The position numbers and the translations under genes were made by a program. Source: Candidatus Hydrogenedentota bacterium (GTDB lineage Bacteria; Hydrogenedentota; Hydrogenedentia; Hydrogenedentales; JAEUWI01). Taken from it: DNA of 64,000 nucleotides. Positions within the stretch are counted from its first letter, which is position 1; the number at the start of each line of letters is the position of its first letter. Under the pieces are notes generated by a model. It searched no databases and had not been told where the DNA came from. It saw nothing but the letters and a program-made list of their open reading frames with translations. The DNA lies in NCBI GenBank assembly GCA_034669905.1, contig JAXMOL010000004.1:1-64000 (forward strand), read 5' to 3'. Of the stretch, positions 19,214 through 29,223 are shown in pieces.

Positions 19214-20050
19214 CTAGATGCGGCTTTGCGCCAGCTTCGTGATGGCGATGCGCAACATGTCGCAGTCCGCAAAGCGATCCTTCGGGTTCTTAGAGAGGGT
19301 CCGCATGATAATGTCGCCGAGTGCCTGGGGGCACCGGGGATTCACGATCGTAGGGTGCTTCGGCTCAACGGAAAGATGACACTGATAGAGCCGTTGAAGG
19401 CTGTCTACCTGGAAAGGTACTTGTTCCGTAAACATCAAGTAGAGCGTGACGCCCAGGGAGTATTGGTCGCTCTGGGGAGAGGGGCTGTCGTTGCGAATGA
19501 TTTCTGGCGGCACGTACATGGGGGTAATCTGTTCACCGGCACCCCGATCGATAAGCTCGATGAGCAGGCTACTGCCGTACAGTGAGAAGTCGGCCAGTTT
19601 CACCTGTCCCGTACGGGTGAAGAGGATATTCGCCGGCTTAATATCGTGGTGAATGATTTTCTGATCATGGAGATATTGGAGGCCCGAGCATATCTGCCCC
19701 ACAATATTGATCCGCTCGTTCAGGTTCCACGGGCGGTTCTGGAGGTACCACTTCAGGTCGGGACCGTCAATGTACTCCATGATCATGCAGCGGCCGTCTT
19801 CACCGTCTATAAAATCATATATCTGGACGACGAAGGGATTGCTGTATTTCTTAAAGCGTTTGACGGATTTTACCAAATCCCGCAGGTGGAGTTTGTTGCG
19901 AAAGAAATTCTCTCGAAACAACTTGATTGCAACAACCTCACCCTTCTTGGTGTCGATGCCTCGATAGACACGGCCTGTGCCGCCCTGACCCAGGATGCGG
20001 TCCAACTTGTAATGATAGAGTGATGCCCGATCGGGGGTAAATTGATCCAC
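19214..20050 (-). CDS. Cytoplasmic Hanks-type Ser/Thr protein kinase with atypical motifs
   Basis: GQGGTGRVY, VAIK, HHDIKPAN, DFS, YVPPE and SDQYSLG motifs. Confidence 0.88.
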   Translation of the reverse strand: MDQFTPDRASLYHYKLDRILGQGGTGRVYRGIDTKKGEVVAIKLFRENFFRNKLHLRDLVKSVKRFKKYSNPFVVQIYDFIDGEDGRCMIMEYIDGPDLKWYLQNRPWNLNERINIVGQICSGLQYLHDQKIIHHDIKPANILFTRTGQVKLADFSLYGSSLLIELIDRGAGEQITPMYVPPEIIRNDSPSPQSDQYSLGVTLYLMFTEQVPFQVDSLQRLYQCHLSVEPKHPTIVNPRCPQALGDIIMRTLSKNPKDRFADCDMLRIAITKLAQSRI

Positions 20051-20080
20051 AGTGCTGCCTCGCTGTAGTTATGAATATCT

Positions 20081-20479
20081 TCAGGAATTAGAATCCAATA
20101 CCAAGGCGATGCTCGGTGCATCCGCCCAGAGTCCGTCCAGGTCGAAGAATTCCCGAGACTTTTCACGGAAGACGTGAAAGATAACATCGCTGAAGTCTAT
20201 CAGAAGCCACCCGTCCTGAAAGGAGCCTTCCGAGTAGATGGGGTTGGCACCGTTCTCTTTCATGCCTTCACGGACGGCGTTGAAGATAGCCTTGATCTGC
20301 GGTTCGCTGGTCGCGGTGCAGATGACCAGGGCGTCGGTTGTCAGGGTAAGCCCCGTGACGTTGTAGGCCTTGATGTCGGCAGCTTTCTTCTCCTGCGCGA
20401 ACTCCGCCATCATTTGGACCTTGGTCTCAAGACGCTCGGTATCGGATAGGGGGGTAGTCTTTGGCGTTAATGTAGCCAC
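20081..20479 (-). CDS. rsfS: Ribosome silencing factor (Iojap)
   Basis: EKKAADI, WLLIDFSDVIFHVF and REFFDLDGLW motifs. GTG start after AGGAG. Confidence 0.9.
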   Translation of the reverse strand: MATLTPKTTPLSDTERLETKVQMMAEFAQEKKAADIKAYNVTGLTLTTDALVICTATSEPQIKAIFNAVREGMKENGANPIYSEGSFQDGWLLIDFSDVIFHVFREKSREFFDLDGLWADAPSIALVLDSNS

Positions 20480-20489
20480 ACGTAATCTC

Positions 20490-21920
20490 CTAAGTGGATA
20501 GCTGCTTCCGCAGGATTTCATTTACCATTTTGGGGTTGGCTTTTCCTTTGGTGGCCTGCATCACCTGGCCCACCAGAAAGCCAATCACCTTTTCCTTGCC
20601 ACTGCGGAATTCTTCCACCTGGGCAGGATTCTTCTCCAGCACCGCCGCGATCATCTGCTCCAGTTCACCCGTGTCACTAATCTGGACCAGCCCCTTGGCC
20701 TCTACGATGGCTTTCGGGTCGTTGCCGGTCTGGAACATGTCCACAAGGACTTCCTTGGCGATCTTTCCACTAATTGTACCATCTTCAATGAGGTTTATCA
20801 TCGACGCCAATTGGAGCGGCGTGATTTTGATGGTGCTGAGGTCCCCTTCTTCCTGGGTTATGAGGGCCTGCAGATCGCCCATAATCCAGTTGGCCGCCTT
20901 CTTGGCATCGGGTACCTCCGCCGCGGTGGCTTCAAAATAATCGGCCATTGCCCGGGTCTGGGTCAAGACGCCGGCATCGTAGGCGGAGAGGCCAAAGGTT
21001 TCGATGAGACGTGTGCGGCGGGGCGTGGGCAGCTCGGGCTGGCCTTCCTTGATCGCCGCTTCCCAGGCCTCGTCCACCACGATGGGCACGAGGTCAGGTT
21101 CCGGAAAATAGCGGTAGTCATGGGCCGACTCTTTGGCGCGTTGAGAAAAGGTGACTCCCCGGTCGTCGTCCCAGCCACGGGTTTCCTGGATAATTTTGCC
21201 GCCGTCATTCAGGACCTGGATCTGGCGGGCAATCTCAAATTCTATCGCTTTGTAGGTGCCGCTGAAAGACGCTACATTCTTTACTTCCGTCTTGGTGCCA
21301 AAGGGCTCGGTGCCAACAGGGCGCACGCTGATATTGGCCTCAGCACGAAGTTTTCCCTCTTCCATACTGCAATCGCTGACTTCCAGGTACTGGAGAATCT
21401 GCTTGAGCTCCGTGAGATAGGCATAGGCCTCGTCGGCGCTCCGGATGTCCGGCTCGGTGACGATTTCCAGCAGGGGAAGGCCGCAACGGTTGAAGTCGAC
21501 GCCACTCTGTCCACCACCCAGCGTGTGGGTGTTGCGTGCTGTGTCTTCTTCCATGTGGGCCCGCGTGATACCGATACGCTTCTTTTTCCCGTCAACGTCG
21601 ATATCCAGAAAACCATCGTGGTTTATGGGGAGGTCATACTGACTGATCTGGTAATTCTTCGATTGATCGGGGTAGAAGTAGTTCTTCCGATCCATCTTGG
21701 ACCAGCGGGAAATGGTACATCCCAAGGCCAGGCCCACGGCCACGGATTTGGTGACCATCTCACGATTCAGTACCGGCATGGCGCCGGGCATGCCCAGGCA
21801 AACCGGGCACACATTGGTATTGGCCGGGGCGTCAAAATTGGTGCTGCAGCCACAAAACACCTTGGACTTGCAATTGAGCTGCACATGGACTTCCATGCCT
21901 ATTACGGCTTCATATTCCAT
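20490..21920 (-). CDS. gatB: Asp-tRNA(Asn)/Glu-tRNA(Gln) amidotransferase subunit B
   Basis: VIGMEVHVQL, RKNYFYPD, HMEED and DYRYFPEPDL motifs, plus a C-terminal YqeY-like tail. Confidence 0.97.
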   Translation of the reverse strand: MEYEAVIGMEVHVQLNCKSKVFCGCSTNFDAPANTNVCPVCLGMPGAMPVLNREMVTKSVAVGLALGCTISRWSKMDRKNYFYPDQSKNYQISQYDLPINHDGFLDIDVDGKKKRIGITRAHMEEDTARNTHTLGGGQSGVDFNRCGLPLLEIVTEPDIRSADEAYAYLTELKQILQYLEVSDCSMEEGKLRAEANISVRPVGTEPFGTKTEVKNVASFSGTYKAIEFEIARQIQVLNDGGKIIQETRGWDDDRGVTFSQRAKESAHDYRYFPEPDLVPIVVDEAWEAAIKEGQPELPTPRRTRLIETFGLSAYDAGVLTQTRAMADYFEATAAEVPDAKKAANWIMGDLQALITQEEGDLSTIKITPLQLASMINLIEDGTISGKIAKEVLVDMFQTGNDPKAIVEAKGLVQISDTGELEQMIAAVLEKNPAQVEEFRSGKEKVIGFLVGQVMQATKGKANPKMVNEILRKQLST

Positions 21921-22001
21921 GTCTGTCGTCTCCTATATAGGCGGCCTCACGTGGCCGGGATAAGTAGTGAAGAGCGGATAGGGAAACCCGGTCCCGCGAA
22001 A

Positions 22002-23468
22002 CTACGACAGGGCGGGAAGGCCCAGGTCGTTACCCCCATGCTGTTCATAGCAATAGGCGGTTTGCAGGAGTGTCGCTTCGTCGAAGGCCTTGCTCAGCAA
22101 CTGGAAGCCCACGGGAAGGCCCGAGGCGCTCTTGCCACAGGGCAGCGAAATTCCGGGAATGCCTGCGAGATTTGCCGAGATGGTGAAGATGTCGTTTAAG
22201 TACATCTCGAGGGGATCGCTCGACTTTTCACCCATCGCAAAGGCCGTCGAAGGCGTCGTGGGCGTCAGGATGATATCGCAGGCCTTGAAGGCTTCGTCAA
22301 AGTCCCGCGTGATGAGCGTGCGCACCTTCTGGGCTTTCAGATAGTAGGCATCATAGTAGCCGCTGGACAGCACATAGGTGCCCAACATGATACGGCGTTG
22401 CACTTCTTCACCGAATCCTTCGCTCTTGGACTTCACATACATCTCCGTGACGTTCTTGGCATCGGGATGGCGAAAGCCATAGCGGACACCGTCGAAGCGC
22501 GCCAGGTTGGCGCTGGCCTCGGCCGGGGCCACGATGTAATAAACCGAGACGGCGTATTCGGTGTGGGGAAGAGAGACTTCCACAATCTCCGCGCCCTGCT
22601 CTTCCAATACCTTGGTGGCCTTTTCCACCAAGGTGCGCACTTCGCTGCCGAGGGCATCCACGAAGTATTCTTTGGGTAGCCCGATCTTCAGGCCTGCGAT
22701 GGACGCTCCGAGTTTCTTCGTGAAGTCCTCGGCAGGAAGATCGGCACTGGTCGCGTCTCGCGGATCCTTGCCGCTGATCACATTCATGGCCAGGGCTGCA
22801 TCGCGGACATCCCGGGTGAGGGGGCCAATCTGATCGAGTGAGGAGGCAAAGGCCACCAGCCCATAGCGGGATACCCGTCCATAGGTGGGCTTGAGCCCCA
22901 CACAACCACAAAAGGCCGCGGGTTGACGAATCGAGCCGCCCGTGTCACTTCCGAATGAGATAGCCGACGTGGCGGATGCAACCGATGCGGCGGAGCCACC
23001 GCTGGAGCCACCGGGAACGCGGGAAAGGTCCCAGGGATTGGCCGTCTTCTGAACCGCGCTGTTCTCCGTGGAGGAGCCCATGGCGAATTCGTCCATATTC
23101 ACTTTGCCCAGGACCACGGCATCATCTGCCAGTAGCTTCTGGGTCACCGTGGCGTCGTAGGGACTTTGAAAGCCTGCGAGAATCTTGGAGGAACAGGTGG
23201 TTTCGCCTGCCTGGGTGCAGATGAGTTCCTTGAGGGAGATGGGAACGCCCGCGAGCGCGCCGACCGGCTCTCCGGCGGCGATCTTGGCGTCCACGGCATC
23301 GGCCTGCGCGAGCGCTTCGTCACGCCAGACCTGGGTGTAGGCACCCACCTGAGCGTCGACGGCATCGATACGGGCGAGGAAAGACTCGGTCACCGCCCGT
23401 GCGGATACGGCACCGCTTGCTACGGCCTCACGAATCTCAAAGGCAGACTTCTCATACCATGGGCTCAT
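22002..23468 (-). CDS. gatA: Amidotransferase subunit A
   Basis: Amidase signature GGSSGGS and [12 protein letters not shown], plus [11 protein letters not shown]. Confidence 0.97.
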   Translation of the reverse strand: MSPWYEKSAFEIREAVASGAVSARAVTESFLARIDAVDAQVGAYTQVWRDEALAQADAVDAKIAAGEPVGALAGVPISLKELICTQAGETTCSSKILAGFQSPYDATVTQKLLADDAVVLGKVNMDEFAMGSSTENSAVQKTANPWDLSRVPGGSSGGSAASVASATSAISFGSDTGGSIRQPAAFCGCVGLKPTYGRVSRYGLVAFASSLDQIGPLTRDVRDAALAMNVISGKDPRDATSADLPAEDFTKKLGASIAGLKIGLPKEYFVDALGSEVRTLVEKATKVLEEQGAEIVEVSLPHTEYAVSVYYIVAPAEASANLARFDGVRYGFRHPDAKNVTEMYVKSKSEGFGEEVQRRIMLGTYVLSSGYYDAYYLKAQKVRTLITRDFDEAFKACDIILTPTTPSTAFAMGEKSSDPLEMYLNDIFTISANLAGIPGISLPCGKSASGLPVGFQLLSKAFDEATLLQTAYCYEQHGGNDLGLPALS

Positions 23469-23773
23469 GCACCACCCCCTTCAGCATCAAGAATTTTGGG
23501 GACCATGAAATACTCTTCGTCATGTACCGGCGCGCCGCGAAGAGCCAGTTCCCGGGGAAGGGAGGGGGCGACTTCGTCTTCACGAAATACATTGGTCAGG
23601 GCCATAGCGTGCATCATGGGTTCCACGGCATCCGTATCCAACTCATTCAACTTGGCCATGTAGTCCAGGATACTGTTCATCTCATCCACCAGCCGCTCCG
23701 TCGCGGCCTCGTCCATATCGAGTTGCGCCAGACCGGCCACATACGCGACATCCGAACGGGTAATCGTGCTCAT
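23465..23773 (-). CDS. gatC: Amidotransferase subunit C
   Basis: VAGLAQL...ILDY...LDTDAVEP...FRED...FMVPKI. Start ATG 23773. Confidence 0.93.
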   Translation of the reverse strand: MSTITRSDVAYVAGLAQLDMDEAATERLVDEMNSILDYMAKLNELDTDAVEPMMHAMALTNVFREDEVAPSLPRELALRGAPVHDEEYFMVPKILDAEGGGA

Positions 23774-24112
23774 AAGTCTTGCTTTCACCTGATTGTTACA
23801 CTGTGTGGGAGGCCCCACCCTGCGGATGCGAAGGAGAGGCACGCGAAGTGCGTCGCCGGAACCGCGACGGGATGGAAAATCCCGGAAAGGCAGTCCCTTA
23901 AGGAACAAGAGGATAGCACAGGAACGGGAAATGAATCCATCCAAGTGGCTGTATCGCCATAAGATAGGGGGCTCTTGGGCATGTCGCCCTCCGGTTATGC
24001 TACACTCCTACTGACTCCGGCAACGGTGTGGTATACCGGGTGCGCAAGCCCGACACACGGTGCTTTGGGGTCCGCATTCCCCTGCTCCTTCACCTGAAGA
24101 AAGTCAAGAGAC

Positions 24113-24856
24113 GTGCTTCCTGAACACTATGCCCTGGAACAGCGCCCTGGCCAGTGGGCTATTGCCCTGGCTGAAGAGCGGGAAGCGGTGTGGGCGGCGT
24201 TGCTGGAGGAGAAAGGCTGTGTCGCGATGCCGGACACGGGACGCGCAGCAGTCTCCTGTTTTCCTCTGCGCTCGGGGGAGGGCATTCGCCGAAGCTATCG
24301 GCGGGGAGGCCTGGTGGGTAAGGTGTTTCACGACCAATTTCTGGGAAACCGGATGCGTCGTGAATTCGACGTATCGCTGGCCTACTACCAGCTCGGAGGA
24401 AGCATTCCGGAGCCACTGGGCGTGTGTTGGCGGCGGACGTGGGGGATTTATCGGGGTGCCTACGCCGCGCGGCGCGTGGAGGGGGTTACCTTGCTAGCCT
24501 ATCTGCAGGAGGGTGCGCATTCGAGCGAGGGCGTCCTGGAGGCCGTGGGGCAGATGGTCCGCCATCTACACGATGCGGGATTCTGGCATGCCGATTTGCA
24601 GGTGAAGAATATTCTTGTCGCGCAGGGAAAACCCTGTTTGATAGATTTTGATAAAGCGCAGCGGTATTCGAAACTGGGGCGCATTCCACGTAGCCGGAAT
24701 TTGTTACGGCTACGACGTTCATTTGAAAAGCAGGGGCTTTCTCTGGATAATTTCGCCTCACTTCTTCATGGGTACGGAGACATTGTCATCCCCGGCTGGC
24801 TTCAGGGTCTGTACCGGTTGCGGGGAGTGAGTGCCGGACTCCGGGGAGCACCTTGA
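24113..24856 (+). CDS. Kdo kinase KdkA-like LPS kinase
   Basis: RSYRRGGL, HADLQVKNIL, IDFDK and NLLRLRRSFEK motifs. Confidence 0.75.
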   Translation: MLPEHYALEQRPGQWAIALAEEREAVWAALLEEKGCVAMPDTGRAAVSCFPLRSGEGIRRSYRRGGLVGKVFHDQFLGNRMRREFDVSLAYYQLGGSIPEPLGVCWRRTWGIYRGAYAARRVEGVTLLAYLQEGAHSSEGVLEAVGQMVRHLHDAGFWHADLQVKNILVAQGKPCLIDFDKAQRYSKLGRIPRSRNLLRLRRSFEKQGLSLDNFASLLHGYGDIVIPGWLQGLYRLRGVSAGLRGAP

Positions 24857-24932
24857 ATCGACCCGACGGGCCGTAAAACTTGGGAACATAGCCGATTCAC
24901 GCCAGGTGAATGGGACAGAAAGCACGCCAACG

Positions 24933-25733
24933 ATGGCATCACTTTGTATCGATGACACGATAGTAAAGACCCGAAAGGGTCTGGCTACGATCTATTGCCG
25001 ACCGCACATTGCGCCCGAACGGGTCTGGGAGATCTTGGAGGCGCCTGGTGAGGAAATAAAGGCGTCCCGCAAATCCATCGTGCGCCGGGTGGACCAGTTT
25101 GTCATTAAGAAAAGCACCTTTGCGGGCGGCAGTGGACCACTGAAGCATACCTTTCAACGGGGCCGATACCGTCGTGCCTGGTTTGCTGCCCATCATTTGT
25201 TGAAGCATGGCGTACTGGTGCCTGAACCGATTGCGTTCATCGAATGGGGACGTCTCGGCTATGTGGCCGGCAATGCGATGATTGCCTCCAACCTGACAGG
25301 TCAGCACAATGTGGAAAAATTCCTCATGGCGTTGATTCGAGAGAATGCCGGCGCGGACACCATTCACTCATTTCTCGGGGCCCTGGCTGTTGCGATCAAT
25401 GATTTCACAGCCTGCGGCGCACGTCACGGCGATCTCTCCGGAAAGAACGTCTTCACCTCCGACGGACGGCGATTTACCTTCATCGATTTAGACGATGTGA
25501 CCCTCGAAAGCACCTTCGATGAAGAACAGCTGCTCAAGAATCACGTCCAATTGTATGATTCCTTCTGCGACGTGTTGAGCGACAGCATTATGGTGCCCTT
25601 TATGCAGAAGATTCTTCCGCCGGAAATCGACATCCGGGTTTGGATGCCGCGCGTTCGGACAGCCCAGCACGTGCGTCGGGAGGCCGTCGAAGAGCGGTGG
25701 AGTCGTGAGGGGAAAACCGGCAGTTCGGGCTGA
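24933..25733 (+). CDS. Kdo/WaaP-family lipopolysaccharide kinase-like protein
   Basis: GVLVPEP, HGDLSGKNV and FIDLD motifs. Confidence 0.7.
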   Translation: MASLCIDDTIVKTRKGLATIYCRPHIAPERVWEILEAPGEEIKASRKSIVRRVDQFVIKKSTFAGGSGPLKHTFQRGRYRRAWFAAHHLLKHGVLVPEPIAFIEWGRLGYVAGNAMIASNLTGQHNVEKFLMALIRENAGADTIHSFLGALAVAINDFTACGARHGDLSGKNVFTSDGRRFTFIDLDDVTLESTFDEEQLLKNHVQLYDSFCDVLSDSIMVPFMQKILPPEIDIRVWMPRVRTAQHVRREAVEERWSREGKTGSSG

Positions 25734-25754
25734 GCCTGCGCGGAGACGAGAGGG

Positions 25755-26612
25755 TTAAGGGGCGCCCATTATTTCGTGGGTGAATTTGGCCTGACGACGT
25801 CCACTGACCGGGCCACATTCGAGACGTACGGCGTCCAGGGGCTCGCCGTAGGCCTTTTCCAGGGCGTCAAGATCCAGCAGGAGGGTGACGGTGACCCCGG
25901 TTTCAACCGTTACGGGACGTCTTGGGGTGAGCACCTCGTTGTGGTAAATCCAGACATCTCCAGGGGCAATGCAGGGCTGAAAAGAATCCTGCCCGGTCGC
26001 TTTGCAATAGATGGTTACATCGTAGGCCAATTCGCCCGCCTGAGGCGCCGTGAGGGAGCCACTCCCTACGAAAGAGGCGGTGTGTTGACCGTTGTTTTCC
26101 ATGAAGAGCGCGAGATAGGGGGGGGCCGCCTGCTCGATTCGAAAATCTACCTGGGCACGCCAGAGATGAAACCACGCCAGCCCCAGGCACAAGGCGGTCA
26201 TGAGCACCACGGACAGGCCAATCGTAATAAAGTCCTGTCGTTCCCATCGGGTAAACTGCAAGGGACCGGGTTTCTTTTCTCCCAACGCCGCCGCGTAATC
26301 CGGGAGTGACATGGCGACGGGGCCACCCAGTTCCTCGGCGCGGTTCACCTTCAGGAGGCGATTGAGCTGCTGGATGCGATGCCGTATGGGGGCCAGATCG
26401 GCTTCCGAGGCGTTCTGGGCCATGCCAGCCTGCAGTCGGCTTCCCGCTTCCTGAATCGCCTGCTCGGCTTCGGCGCGCACTGCCTGAATGCCCCGGGCGG
26501 CCTGTCGGCGAAACCGGGCGCCCCCGTAGGGCACGTTTTCCGCAGTCCGCTGCAGGGCCTCCTGCCACGAGAGCAGCAGGCAGAGACGTTGCGCCGAAAC
26601 CTTCAGATCCAT
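25755..26612 (-). CDS. Hypothetical single-TM membrane protein
   Basis: N-terminal coiled coil, a TM segment (ITIGLSVVLMTALCLGLAWF) and a beta-rich C-terminal domain. Starts 6 nt after the pyrG stop. Confidence 0.7.
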   Translation of the reverse strand: MDLKVSAQRLCLLLSWQEALQRTAENVPYGGARFRRQAARGIQAVRAEAEQAIQEAGSRLQAGMAQNASEADLAPIRHRIQQLNRLLKVNRAEELGGPVAMSLPDYAAALGEKKPGPLQFTRWERQDFITIGLSVVLMTALCLGLAWFHLWRAQVDFRIEQAAPPYLALFMENNGQHTASFVGSGSLTAPQAGELAYDVTIYCKATGQDSFQPCIAPGDVWIYHNEVLTPRRPVTVETGVTVTLLLDLDALEKAYGEPLDAVRLECGPVSGRRQAKFTHEIMGAP

Positions 26613-26618
26613 ACTACC

Positions 26619-28238
<1,620 letters not shown>

Positions 28239-29000
28239 TTATCCTTTTGCAGCGTGATGCTGTAACAATTCTTCTACTTTTTCGAGATCGGAAGGTACAT
28301 CAACGCCGATCGCGACATAGCTTGTCGTTATTACCGCGATCTGAAACCCATGTTCCAGAACGCGCAGTTGCTCAAGTTTTTCCGCCCGCTCCAACGGTGT
28401 GGATGCGAGCGTGCTATAGGTTAATAAAAAGTCTCGCCGATACACATACAGTCCGATGTGTTGCCAATAGTTTCCCGAAGGCATTCCGCCATCCCGAAAG
28501 TAGGGGATAGGCAGTCGGGAAAAATAAAGGGCATTCCCATCGGTGCCGCAAACTACCTTCACCACATTCGGATCCTGGATCGCTTCCGGATCGTCCAGGG
28601 CGCGGCGGGCCGTGGACATGACAGGCTCCGGATCCGCCAGCAAAGGGCGGATCGTGGCGTCAATGGTCTCTGGATCGATGACCGGCTCGTCGCCCTGCAC
28701 ATTGACAATGAGCTCCGCGTCAATGCTGCGGGCCACTTCGGCGATGCGATCAGTGCCTGTCGGGTGTCCGGGATCTGTCAGGACCACTTCCACGGGGTAG
28801 GGGGCCAAGGCGGCCACTACTGCGGGATCGTCGGTGGCGACGATTATCCGATCAATGAGCGTCGCTCTTTTGACCTGCTGCCAGGTATGGTAGACGAGGG
28901 GATGGCCCATGAGTGGCGCGATGATTTTGCCCGGGAATCGGGTCGAGGCAAGTCGGGCGGGGATCACGGCGACAACGCGTGGTTTATCACTTTCCGCCAT
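28239..29000 (-). CDS. kdsB: 3-deoxy-manno-octulosonate cytidylyltransferase
   Basis: IPARLASTRFPGK, GTDR, VNVQGDEP and EKLEQLR motifs. Confidence 0.95.
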   Translation of the reverse strand: MAESDKPRVVAVIPARLASTRFPGKIIAPLMGHPLVYHTWQQVKRATLIDRIIVATDDPAVVAALAPYPVEVVLTDPGHPTGTDRIAEVARSIDAELIVNVQGDEPVIDPETIDATIRPLLADPEPVMSTARRALDDPEAIQDPNVVKVVCGTDGNALYFSRLPIPYFRDGGMPSGNYWQHIGLYVYRRDFLLTYSTLASTPLERAEKLEQLRVLEHGFQIAVITTSYVAIGVDVPSDLEKVEELLQHHAAKG

Positions 29001-29223
29001 AGGTAAACCCGTCCCTGAGATACATGCAATGCGCCAACATTTAGGTGAGAAATCGTAATGAGGGAGGCTGGGGGAACCCGTTTCCCTAACGGGATCGTAA
29101 GATAACACAGGAGGCCCCTGAGAATCAATCGATTTGCCCGCTGGAAAGTCCGTCAGGAATCCGTTATAGTAGTTTTAGCATGTGTTACCGTTATCTGGAA
29201 TTACAACCCATTCTACCAAGGGC

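Noticed and set aside
23805..23825. T-box-like AGGGTGG upstream of gatC
   Set aside because: It is followed by GGCC rather than NACC, and there is no stem I or terminator architecture.
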